Assembly (NCBI GenBank): GCA_001896555.1
Contig: MPOS01000028.1
Location: 7,603-71,602 of the forward strand
Reading direction: 5' to 3'
DNA: 64,000 bases
DNA from: Candidatus Phosphitivorax anaerolimi
GTDB lineage: Bacteria; Desulfobacterota; Desulfomonilia; UBA1062
A program made the translations under genes and the position numbers. The notes under the pieces are model-generated. The model did not search any database. It was not told the origin of the DNA and saw only the letters and a list, made by a program, of their open reading frames with translations. Shown here piece after piece: positions 29,079 through 36,756 of the stretch (position 1 is its first letter; each line of letters opens with the position of its first letter).

Positions 29079-29645
29079 TTAAAACCCCATCGCGGCCCGG
29101 AAGTCTCTGATATCCTGGTCTGTGAGTCCGGCGTGCTCGATACCGAGCTCCTTTCTCAGCTCGTCAAGGGAAAATCCCTGCAATGAAACCCTGTCAGGCT
29201 CTGCAATGTCCTCGATACTGATGTCAGGGTCATCCTCGGAACCGAAGAGCCGATACCGGTAAAGGCTCACCGGCACGGCGCAGACATCCCGACACATAGC
29301 GGCGGCTCCCACGGGGATGTCCTGGGAGAGGATGATCAGGCACGGCGGCAGGGTCACGTCGATCTCTTCGGCACGGTAGATCCTCTGGAGAAATTCCCGG
29401 TTCTCGCGGAACCACCGGTATCCCATGAACGAGCGAAGCAGGCAGCCAGCGAACCCGTCCGTTCCGATGGTGATGAGATAGACCCGGGCGTGGTCCGTGG
29501 CCAGCAGGTCTATCCTGCCGGTAAACGCGTTGCCCAGGTTGTGCTCCACGATACGCAACCCGCGGGCCTCCCTGAAATACTGTGCGCAGATCTGGTCGAG
29601 GTAGTCGACCGTCCTGCCTGAAACGGGCTTGAGTATCCTGGTCAT
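29079..29645 (-). CDS. Hypothetical protein, third gene of the ParA-CBM48 operon
   Basis: 188 aa, no motif recognised. Its start overlaps the stop of the upstream gene (ATGA), which implies co-translation. Confidence 0.55.
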   Translation of the reverse strand: MTRILKPVSGRTVDYLDQICAQYFREARGLRIVEHNLGNAFTGRIDLLATDHARVYLITIGTDGFAGCLLRSFMGYRWFRENREFLQRIYRAEEIDVTLPPCLIILSQDIPVGAAAMCRDVCAVPVSLYRYRLFGSEDDPDISIEDIAEPDRVSLQGFSLDELRKELGIEHAGLTDQDIRDFRAAMGF

Positions 29646-30544
29646 GGCCGGCCCTCCTCGCCGAATACCGGCAGCCCGCGCTGCTCAAGAAAGGCCCGGC
29701 TCACAGCCGCTAGGCTCTCCCGGGCAGGCGAGGGCTCAAACCCGAGGACCAGAGGCCGATGCTCTGACAGGGAATCCTCCAGGGCCTTGTCGCGCAGGAG
29801 ATGCCCGAGATATCCCACACTCACCCCCAGCCGTTGCTTCATGAACGTACAGAAGCGGGAGGATACCTCACTGGCCTGCTCACTGGAGGCCGGATCGATG
29901 AGCACCAGGGAGATTCCAGCTTTAGGGTCGCGCTGTTCGATCACCTTGGCACAGGCATAGCACTGGAGAAGAGAGGCCTCGTTCAGGGTGCTTAAGAGCA
30001 GTGCATCGAAATCCACCAGGCTCTTGGCAAGCGAATCCAGACAGAACGGGGTATTGACGACGGCCCATCGATCCCCGTTATGATCACCGGACCCGTTCAG
30101 CCGATCCAGAAGCTCTGCTTCGCCGTCCGGCTCGGAGCAGTGCACAGGGATGTCGTGCAGGCCGTAGAGCCTCACCCTCAGGACCCCGGAAGCGGTATCG
30201 GGGTGAGCGGCCTCGCCGAGCACGTCCTGAACCCCCTCTCCTTCCCGGCTGGACAGGTCGAAGATAATCATCTTTTGCCGGTGGCGTGCCAGCTCCAGCG
30301 AGAAATTGGCCGTGAAGTACGCCCCCATCAGGGCCGAGGCCGGGCAGATGACCCGTATGACCCGGCACTGTCTCGGCTGAGGCAGGTCCCGGCCCGGCTC
30401 TTGCCCGCCGGGTTCTCCCTCGGGTTTTTCATGGGATTCATCTTTCGGTGGTTCATGGGATTCATCCCGCGGCGAATCCGAGAGATAGAACCGGGAAACG
30501 TCCTTGAGGCCCCTGCCCAACCTGCTCTTCTCTTCCATGATCAA
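29642..30544 (-). CDS. ParA/MinD-like protein with a degenerate Walker A, carrying an N-terminal ParB-like peptide (SRLGRGLKDV) and an acidic/Pro-rich linker
   Basis: 300 aa. The body aligns to the MinD/ParA fold (VIRVICPASALMGAYFTANFSLELARHRQKMIIFDLSS), but KGGxGKT is replaced by PASALMGA. The N-terminus resembles ParB's ParA-stimulating peptide. It overlaps both neighbouring genes. Confidence 0.6.
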   Translation of the reverse strand: MIMEEKSRLGRGLKDVSRFYLSDSPRDESHEPPKDESHEKPEGEPGGQEPGRDLPQPRQCRVIRVICPASALMGAYFTANFSLELARHRQKMIIFDLSSREGEGVQDVLGEAAHPDTASGVLRVRLYGLHDIPVHCSEPDGEAELLDRLNGSGDHNGDRWAVVNTPFCLDSLAKSLVDFDALLLSTLNEASLLQCYACAKVIEQRDPKAGISLVLIDPASSEQASEVSSRFCTFMKQRLGVSVGYLGHLLRDKALEDSLSEHRPLVLGFEPSPARESLAAVSRAFLEQRGLPVFGEEGRP

Positions 30545-31599
30545 TCGATTTCGATCAGAGAGTTCTCCCCAAACTCGCTCCTGACGACCTTCGGGTTGGT
30601 GCTGTCAGTAACCCAGGTGCCGTCTACCAGAAACTTGTACTCGTATGCGCCCTTCTTAAGCGGGACAAAGCGCTTCCAGACTCCGCTTCCGTCCACATGC
30701 TGAAGCGGGGTCCTGCCCGGCTGCCAGTCGTTGAAGTCGGCAACCACGCAGACCTGCTTTGCATGAGGGGCGTAAAAGGAGAACAACATGCCTTTCTCCT
30801 TGCCCTCCTCATCCCGGGCGGCAGCAATTTTCTTCACCTTCATCTTGAGGACCTCGGCGGCAAGGTCAAGGTAGTCCCGGGCCCCGATCGAGTCCGGGGC
30901 GTAGTCGATCACAGGTCTGCCGTGGCTCACCGCCTCCTTGAGCCTGACATTGAAGTTGATGACCGCGGTGAACACCTGCCCGCCAAGGTGCTTCTGAACC
31001 TCGTGCAGGGATTCGTAGGCGATCCGGGTCCTGCGGTCGAACATGGTCAGCAGCGCGTTTGTGGTTATCGTGAGGTTCCGCTTGGCATTGACGATCTCGA
31101 TGGTCTCCATCAGCTTGGCCAGACCGTGGATGGCAAACAGTCCGGTCTCCAGGGGGATGATGGCCTCCGAGCACGCGAACAGGGCGTTGAAGGTCAGAAT
31201 GCCGATGTTGGGCGGGCAATCGATGATGCAGAAATCATATCGCTGCTCCACAGACTTCAGGACATCGGCCAGCAGATACTCCCGGTGGTCCCTTCCCAGC
31301 AGGGCGGGCTCCGCGGCGCTGAGCATCACGTCGGAAGGGATCAGATCGAGACCGCGCGAGATCTCGATGACCACGTCTCCGGGTTGCAGCTCCTTCCGCC
31401 CGGAATCCAGCAGGAGATCATAGACCGTGTACTCATATCCCCCCAGTCCGAGCCCGAGGCCAAGGGTTGCATGGGCCTGCGGGTCCATGTCCACGACGAG
31501 CACCTTTTTATTCTTCCGGGCCAGACACGCTGCGAGGTTGATGACCGTGGTCGTCTTCCCGCACCCGCCTTTCTGGTTTATGACTGCAATAGTCCTCAT
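30541..31599 (-). CDS. ParA/MinD-type ATPase fused to a C-terminal AMPK-beta-type glycogen-binding domain (CBM48)
   Basis: 352 aa. Deviant Walker A VINQKGGCGKTTT, ParA body to about residue 260, then VCVVADFNDWQ ... YEYKFLVDGTWVTDSTNPKV, which aligns with the AMPK beta1 glycogen-binding domain (VYLSGSFNNW ... YKFFVDGQWTHDPSEPIV). Confidence 0.8.
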   Translation of the reverse strand: MRTIAVINQKGGCGKTTTVINLAACLARKNKKVLVVDMDPQAHATLGLGLGLGGYEYTVYDLLLDSGRKELQPGDVVIEISRGLDLIPSDVMLSAAEPALLGRDHREYLLADVLKSVEQRYDFCIIDCPPNIGILTFNALFACSEAIIPLETGLFAIHGLAKLMETIEIVNAKRNLTITTNALLTMFDRRTRIAYESLHEVQKHLGGQVFTAVINFNVRLKEAVSHGRPVIDYAPDSIGARDYLDLAAEVLKMKVKKIAAARDEEGKEKGMLFSFYAPHAKQVCVVADFNDWQPGRTPLQHVDGSGVWKRFVPLKKGAYEYKFLVDGTWVTDSTNPKVVRSEFGENSLIEID

Positions 31600-31878
31600 G
31601 ACAAACCTCCCTTTGACATGAAATGATGGTGAATGTGTTGAAAACTCTCCTCCCTCCTGTTATCCGAGGGCGGGTCCACCGTGAAAGGCCCTATGAAAAG
31701 CGGGTATCTCCATGAAGCTCCACACCACATGCGCATCCCATTTCAAAGGGAAAAAGGGAACCCCTCTCGCATAACAGTACACCGTACATGCATGCGAATA
31801 CCATGGTGGGTCTGTCATGTCAACAGAATGATTGATCTTTTCTTCTTTTGTTTCTCTTAAAAGCACTCAGGCGGGCGG

Positions 31879-32406
31879 CTATGCCCCGTCAAAGGAGTGG
31901 CGTTCTGTCCTCCTGAGCCATGAAACAGGGTCTTTGAGGTATTCCTCAGCATCCTTCAGCGAGAGGTAATGCTCCCGTTCGATCCGGGAAAGCAGGTCGA
32001 AAAAGGCCTTTTCCCTCGGGTCGGAAACCGCGTCGCGGAGTCCGGCATAGAACTCCGACCCCTTCGCCTCGAACCGGGCAGCCGTCTCCAGGGCGCTGAT
32101 ATCATCGGCATCCGCCCTGCTCCCGCCTGCCTCACGGATGAGCCGGTCAACATCCAGGAGCCTTCCCACACGGGTCCCCCTGACCTCCAGCGGCAGACTC
32201 TCGGGCCACTTCTGCGAGCTCTCCCATTTCGCGTGCAGCTCTTTGAGCCTTTGGTAGTGCTCGAGCTCATCGTCCGCGATCTCCAGAAACATGGCCTTTC
32301 CCAGGGGGTTTTTCGTCCTCTGGGCATGCTTGAGATAAAATTCCCTTTCGCTCGTCTCGTTCCTGAGGGCCACATCGAGCGCATCCAGTCGCTGTCTCCC
32401 GTCCAT
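31879..32406 (-). CDS. Rubrerythrin/ferritin-like di-iron protein (no rubredoxin domain)
   Basis: 175 aa with four E-x-x-H helices (EREFYLKH, DELEHYQRL, EAKGSEFY, EREHYLSL). Confidence 0.7.
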   Translation of the reverse strand: MDGRQRLDALDVALRNETSEREFYLKHAQRTKNPLGKAMFLEIADDELEHYQRLKELHAKWESSQKWPESLPLEVRGTRVGRLLDVDRLIREAGGSRADADDISALETAARFEAKGSEFYAGLRDAVSDPREKAFFDLLSRIEREHYLSLKDAEEYLKDPVSWLRRTERHSFDGA

Positions 32407-32605
32407 GTTTTCTCCTTTTTTTAAGGTCTGCCGACCACGGTCTTTTTCAGGGGCTTTCTTTTCATAATAGGGGCCTTCACATGCGAGTCAATGAAACGCA
32501 TGCATTTTGCCGTTATGAAAAAATCTCCATGTGACGATAACGATCACATTCAATGCACTGTCCTGATCCGTCCCCGGGCGTACCAGGACATATCAGGATG
32601 ATATT

Positions 32606-34075
32606 ATGGAGAAGACATACTGCAGTTACCACCCTACGAAACCGGCGTTGTGGCATTGCGAGGGCTGCGACGCCGCATTTTGCCCTGACTGCATCACGCG
32701 GCGCGATCTCGGAAGTCACCGGAAAAACACCCTGTACCTCTGTCCCAAATGCGGGAGCTCCGCCAGCAGCCTGCCTGTCCAGAATCTCATAGAACCTTTC
32801 TGGAACAGGCTGCCTCGATTCTTTGTCTATCCTTTCACCACCACCGTGGTTGTGTTCATGCTCGTGCTCTCCCTGTTCATCACCCTCTTCTCCTCACCCA
32901 GCCTGGTGAGCGGGATCATCCAGTTGCTCCTCTTCGGGGTGCTGCTCAAATACTGCTTCGCCGTACTCAGGCAGACCGCCAGGGGCAACATGAACCCGCC
33001 GGATATCGACGAGCACACCATCGCCGACGATTTCATCGTCGTGGCCAAATACTGGCTGCTGGGTGTGGTGTTCATCGCCGCGGGCTTGCTCAGCCTGGCC
33101 GTCTGCACCCGGCTCAGCCTGGAGATCGGCTTTGCGGCGGGCATGGGGCTTTTCGCCGCATGCATTGTCGCCCTGCTGCTCCTGCTCCCTGCAGAGGTGA
33201 TCGTTCTGGCCACGAGCGGCCGCCTCCTGAGAGCGCTCAACCCGGCCGTGTCGGTGCGCATGGCGGTGAGGATGGGATCATCGTACCTGCTCATGAACTT
33301 TTTCCTCATCTTCCTCTATCTGGCCCCCGGGACACTGGCATACCTTCTGAGGCCCTTTTCGCCTGGCTTCGTCACGACCTTTCTCCTGGCCCTGGCGAAC
33401 TGCTATTATTCCATCGTGGCCCACCATCTCATGGGGTATGTCATCCTGCAGAATCACGACACCATCGGATACGATGTCGACATCGAGGAGCAGAACGCAT
33501 GCATTGTCGAAGGGAGCAGTCCCGACGACGTCTCCCGCGGGGTCCTGAATGCGGCGAACATCCTGATCAAGGAGGGAAAGCACAGCGAGGCCGCAGACCT
33601 GATCCGGCAGGAGACGCATGGTGACATCACGGACCTCGAGCTGGCCGGGCGCTATCATCAACTCCTGAAGCTCACCCGGCAAGACCGTGACATGCTTGAA
33701 CATGCAAAGCGTTATCTCGAGCTGCTGACCAAAGCGGGAAGGATTGAAACGGCAAGAACCGTATATCTGGAGTGCGTGGCCGCAGACCCCTCGTTCAACC
33801 CCAGGCCCCAGATCCTCTTTAAGATCGCGCGCTCGTTCAGCGAGGGAGGGAACAGCCGGGCGGCCCTTGAGGCATACAACCGCTTCATTCAGAGCTCGCC
33901 CGATGACCCCCTGGTTCCCAAGGCCTATTTCCTGGCGGCGAACGTCTTCTACGAGAAGATGCTCAGCCCGGAGAAGGCCGTTAAAACCCTCAAACGGCTC
34001 ATGCAGAAATTCCCTGACAACGAGATCATCCCCTATGCCAAGAAGTTTCTGGGCCGCATAGAGCAGCACGGCTGA
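32606..34075 (+). CDS. Membrane protein with N-terminal B-box-like zinc finger, about 6 TM helices and C-terminal TPR repeats
   Basis: 489 aa. CSYHPTKPALWHCEGCDAAFCPDC ... CPKCG; hydrophobic core at residues 80-290; TPR-like helical repeats at residues 330-480. Confidence 0.6.
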   Translation: MEKTYCSYHPTKPALWHCEGCDAAFCPDCITRRDLGSHRKNTLYLCPKCGSSASSLPVQNLIEPFWNRLPRFFVYPFTTTVVVFMLVLSLFITLFSSPSLVSGIIQLLLFGVLLKYCFAVLRQTARGNMNPPDIDEHTIADDFIVVAKYWLLGVVFIAAGLLSLAVCTRLSLEIGFAAGMGLFAACIVALLLLLPAEVIVLATSGRLLRALNPAVSVRMAVRMGSSYLLMNFFLIFLYLAPGTLAYLLRPFSPGFVTTFLLALANCYYSIVAHHLMGYVILQNHDTIGYDVDIEEQNACIVEGSSPDDVSRGVLNAANILIKEGKHSEAADLIRQETHGDITDLELAGRYHQLLKLTRQDRDMLEHAKRYLELLTKAGRIETARTVYLECVAADPSFNPRPQILFKIARSFSEGGNSRAALEAYNRFIQSSPDDPLVPKAYFLAANVFYEKMLSPEKAVKTLKRLMQKFPDNEIIPYAKKFLGRIEQHG

Positions 34076-35569
34076 TCAACCATCGAGATCATCCAGAAGG
34101 CGTCTGGCTACCAGACACTCCCCGGAGAGGGGATAGCGCATGCAGATCACCTGAAGATAGTTCCTGGCCTTTCCCTTCGATCCGTCCTTCATGCACGCCC
34201 GGGCTATGTGCAGGAGTCCTTCGGGCATCTTTGGAAGATCGGGTTTCCTCTTGAGCAGATAGCCCATGATCCGCTCCGCCTCTTCAAGATGGCCGGTGGC
34301 GGCGAAGTACGAGCTTATGGAAACGAGCAGGCTCGAAGGGAGCTTCGGTCCGTGGGCCTTTTGGATATAATCCCGATACACGGTCAGGGTCTCACGGTGT
34401 GCCTGACGGTCGTCCGCCAGGTGCGCCAGGAGCCTGCGGGCGCTGTCGTGGAATTTGTCGCTGCCGGGGTCGATCTTATCCAGGTGATATATCTGGGTGA
34501 GCGCGGTCCGGCTGTTCGGATCGATCTCAAGCACCTGATCAAGAAGGGCGCGCGCCCCCTTTGTGTCCAGCTTCTCCACCCGTTTCATAGCCTCGTCCAG
34601 GAGCGATGCCGCCTTTTCTCCCGGACCCTTCCCCTGCTCTAAAACCTCATCGGGGTCCTCACCCCGGACCTTCCGGCGGATGAGGCCCATGAGGGCGCCG
34701 CTCCCCAGGCCACCGATATGGGCCAGGTACGCGACCCGGCTCTCAGGCCCCAGCAGGAGCTGAAAGACCTCGTTGCCGATCCACAGGGCGAGGATGACAA
34801 TCCCGGGCACCAGGGTGTAATTGAAATAGAACCCGAGCGAATAGAACACCTTGATCCTGCGCCTTCCATAGAGCACTGCATAGGCGCCCATCAAAGCGGC
34901 AATGGCGCCGGACGCGCCGACGAGCGGGATCACGCTTGCGTGGTACATGGCGCCGAAGAGCGCCGCTGCGCAGAGGCCGCCTGCGATGTAGAGGCCCAGG
35001 AAGAGTACGCGTCCCCATGCAAGCTCGAGAATGCACCCCACCAGCCAGAGAAAGACCATATTGCCCAGCAGGTGCATGAACCCGCCATGGAGGAACATAT
35101 GGCCGAACATGCCCTTCATGCTCCAGTCCGCGGGTCTGAACCCGTAACGCATGGTTGTGGTGGACTGAAGGAGCCCTTCGAGATGGTTGCGCTTCTCCCG
35201 CCAGGATGAATAGACATCCATCTCAGGAGTGATGATGCGGTCGTCCTGAAGCCTGGCCATGAACTCGTCGTCATCCTGCATGGCGAGTATCAGGGGAGGG
35301 ATCTCCTTCCGGGAGTGAGCGGTGGAAGTGGCATCCCAACCGGCGGTATCGAGGCCGGCCACGGCCCCGAATTCCCGGTATTGCTCATAGGCTGCGACCT
35401 CCAGTTCGGCAAGGCCGGAGTCAAGGTAGTAGTCCCCGGCCTTCTGGAATATTTCAGGGTCGGAAGACTGGAAGGAGAAGAATACCACGCAGTTGATCAG
35501 GATGATGGCCAGGGTGATCACGGGGGGATTGCGAAGGCTCATCCTTCCGGAGAGGGGAATGATTACCAC
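34076..35569 (-). CDS. Rhomboid family intramembrane serine protease with C-terminal TPR domain
   Basis: 497 aa. Rhomboid core with catalytic GASGAIAALMGAY (Ser) and AHIGGLGSGALMGL (His), then TPR repeats. Its stop codon is directly adjacent to the stop of the convergent gene (TGATCA). Confidence 0.75.
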   Translation of the reverse strand: MVIIPLSGRMSLRNPPVITLAIILINCVVFFSFQSSDPEIFQKAGDYYLDSGLAELEVAAYEQYREFGAVAGLDTAGWDATSTAHSRKEIPPLILAMQDDDEFMARLQDDRIITPEMDVYSSWREKRNHLEGLLQSTTTMRYGFRPADWSMKGMFGHMFLHGGFMHLLGNMVFLWLVGCILELAWGRVLFLGLYIAGGLCAAALFGAMYHASVIPLVGASGAIAALMGAYAVLYGRRRIKVFYSLGFYFNYTLVPGIVILALWIGNEVFQLLLGPESRVAYLAHIGGLGSGALMGLIRRKVRGEDPDEVLEQGKGPGEKAASLLDEAMKRVEKLDTKGARALLDQVLEIDPNSRTALTQIYHLDKIDPGSDKFHDSARRLLAHLADDRQAHRETLTVYRDYIQKAHGPKLPSSLLVSISSYFAATGHLEEAERIMGYLLKRKPDLPKMPEGLLHIARACMKDGSKGKARNYLQVICMRYPLSGECLVARRLLDDLDG

Positions 35570-35950
35570 GGGCCAGCCCTTTTAAGAATATCGGCACACC
35601 GGCGTGTCCTGCTGCCCGGGTGCGCAATGTGCCGGCCCTGCCGGCGGCACGGCCGCTGCGATCTTCCTACTGCCCCTTTCCTGCTCTCTCCTGAGAGATT
35701 TCATGCCACACCCCTCGGCACATCCTGGTGAAAACTTGATGCACGGGGCATACAGCCGGGGCTTCTCCGGAGCATTTATGACAAGCGGGAAAGGGAGAAG
35801 GGAATTATGAGGGCCGCACTCCGAGGGGTGCCCGGGCAGAAAGGCGGGACCTTACAGTGGAGAACTGCTTTGCCAGCGAAAGGGATGCTGCAGAGAAAAG
35901 CGGGATGGGAAGACGGCCTTTCCTTTGCCGCCTCCCCTTTAAAAAAAGCT

Positions 35951-36235
35951 TCAGGCACTGGGCATCTCGAGTGACGAAATGAGACCCACGTCTGCTATGG
36001 CCTTGCTCAGCTTTGCCAGATTCTCGATCATGATCCGCGCATCCGGCGACAGATCGTTGCGTTTTCTGGCAATGCGCTGTATGTGCTCGCAGTATATGCG
36101 AATCTGCAGACAGACCTCCGAGAGGTTCTCAAGGCTGATGCTGCTCACGTAATGATCGATTTCGGTGTCCGACATGGTGGCAAGAATCGGAGTATCCATG
36201 ATACACCTCGTTTCTCGGGTATCGTGATCCTGCAC
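35951..36235 (-). CDS. Hypothetical small protein (possibly starting at the internal MDTPILATMSDTEID)
   Basis: ORF only; Ser/Leu/Ile-rich with predicted helices and no motif. Weak support. Confidence 0.3.
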   Translation of the reverse strand: MQDHDTRETRCIMDTPILATMSDTEIDHYVSSISLENLSEVCLQIRIYCEHIQRIARKRNDLSPDARIMIENLAKLSKAIADVGLISSLEMPSA

Positions 36236-36598
36236 CGCTCCCTTACCGCCCCTGTCCCCGTGAAGGGGCGATAGCCCGGCCGGATGCAGGTGTTACCCGT
36301 GTTCTCCTTGTGAGAAACGACCCTGTTCTTTCATACCCTGCCTTCTTCATCCTTATTGGACCATCCAATATCGTGCGAGGTCCCGCGCCGCCAGGCACCG
36401 GATGAGTTGATCCCATCCGGGCCGCCTGCGTGCAGTGCGGGCCACCGGCACACCGCCCCGCCCCCTGTTCGAGAATTGCCGCGGTATGAAGCCCGGGGGC
36501 GCCTGAACCCCATAAGAAGGACAATACGCGCTACCGCGGAAAGGCTCAACCCCTTACTGAAGGGCTGGTAGAGCAGCGATTCCATCTTCTCAAGTCCT

Positions 36599-36670
36599 CC
36601 TGCGGGATAGGCATCTGTCCAGTATCATGCAATTTACCGACCAGATATGACAGGCATCCTCTCCCGCAGG
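36599..36670. repeat. Long imperfect inverted repeat CCTGCGGGATAGGCATCTGTC ...(30 nt)... GACAGGCATCCTCTCCCGCAGG
   Basis: Read directly. The outer 9 bp (CCTGCGGGA / TCCCGCAGG) are perfect, the inner CTGTC/GACAG also pair, and GGCATC appears in both arms. It sits in a 520-bp non-coding gap downstream of the GGDEF gene. Confidence 0.5.
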
Positions 36671-36756
36671 GGACCTGACCCTTGGGAGGGCATGGGGAGG
36701 CCGGCTTCCAGGAGATGAGGGTTCGGCGGGACGGGCGCCGTGTTCTTGTCTCCTCG

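Noticed and set aside
29230-29688. Alternative-frame 152-aa ORF inside the ParA-operon region
   Set aside because: It overlaps the 3' half of the gene at 29079..29645 and the start of the next gene. Its composition is Arg/Pro/Gly-rich. The annotated frames give the coherent ParA-like alignment.
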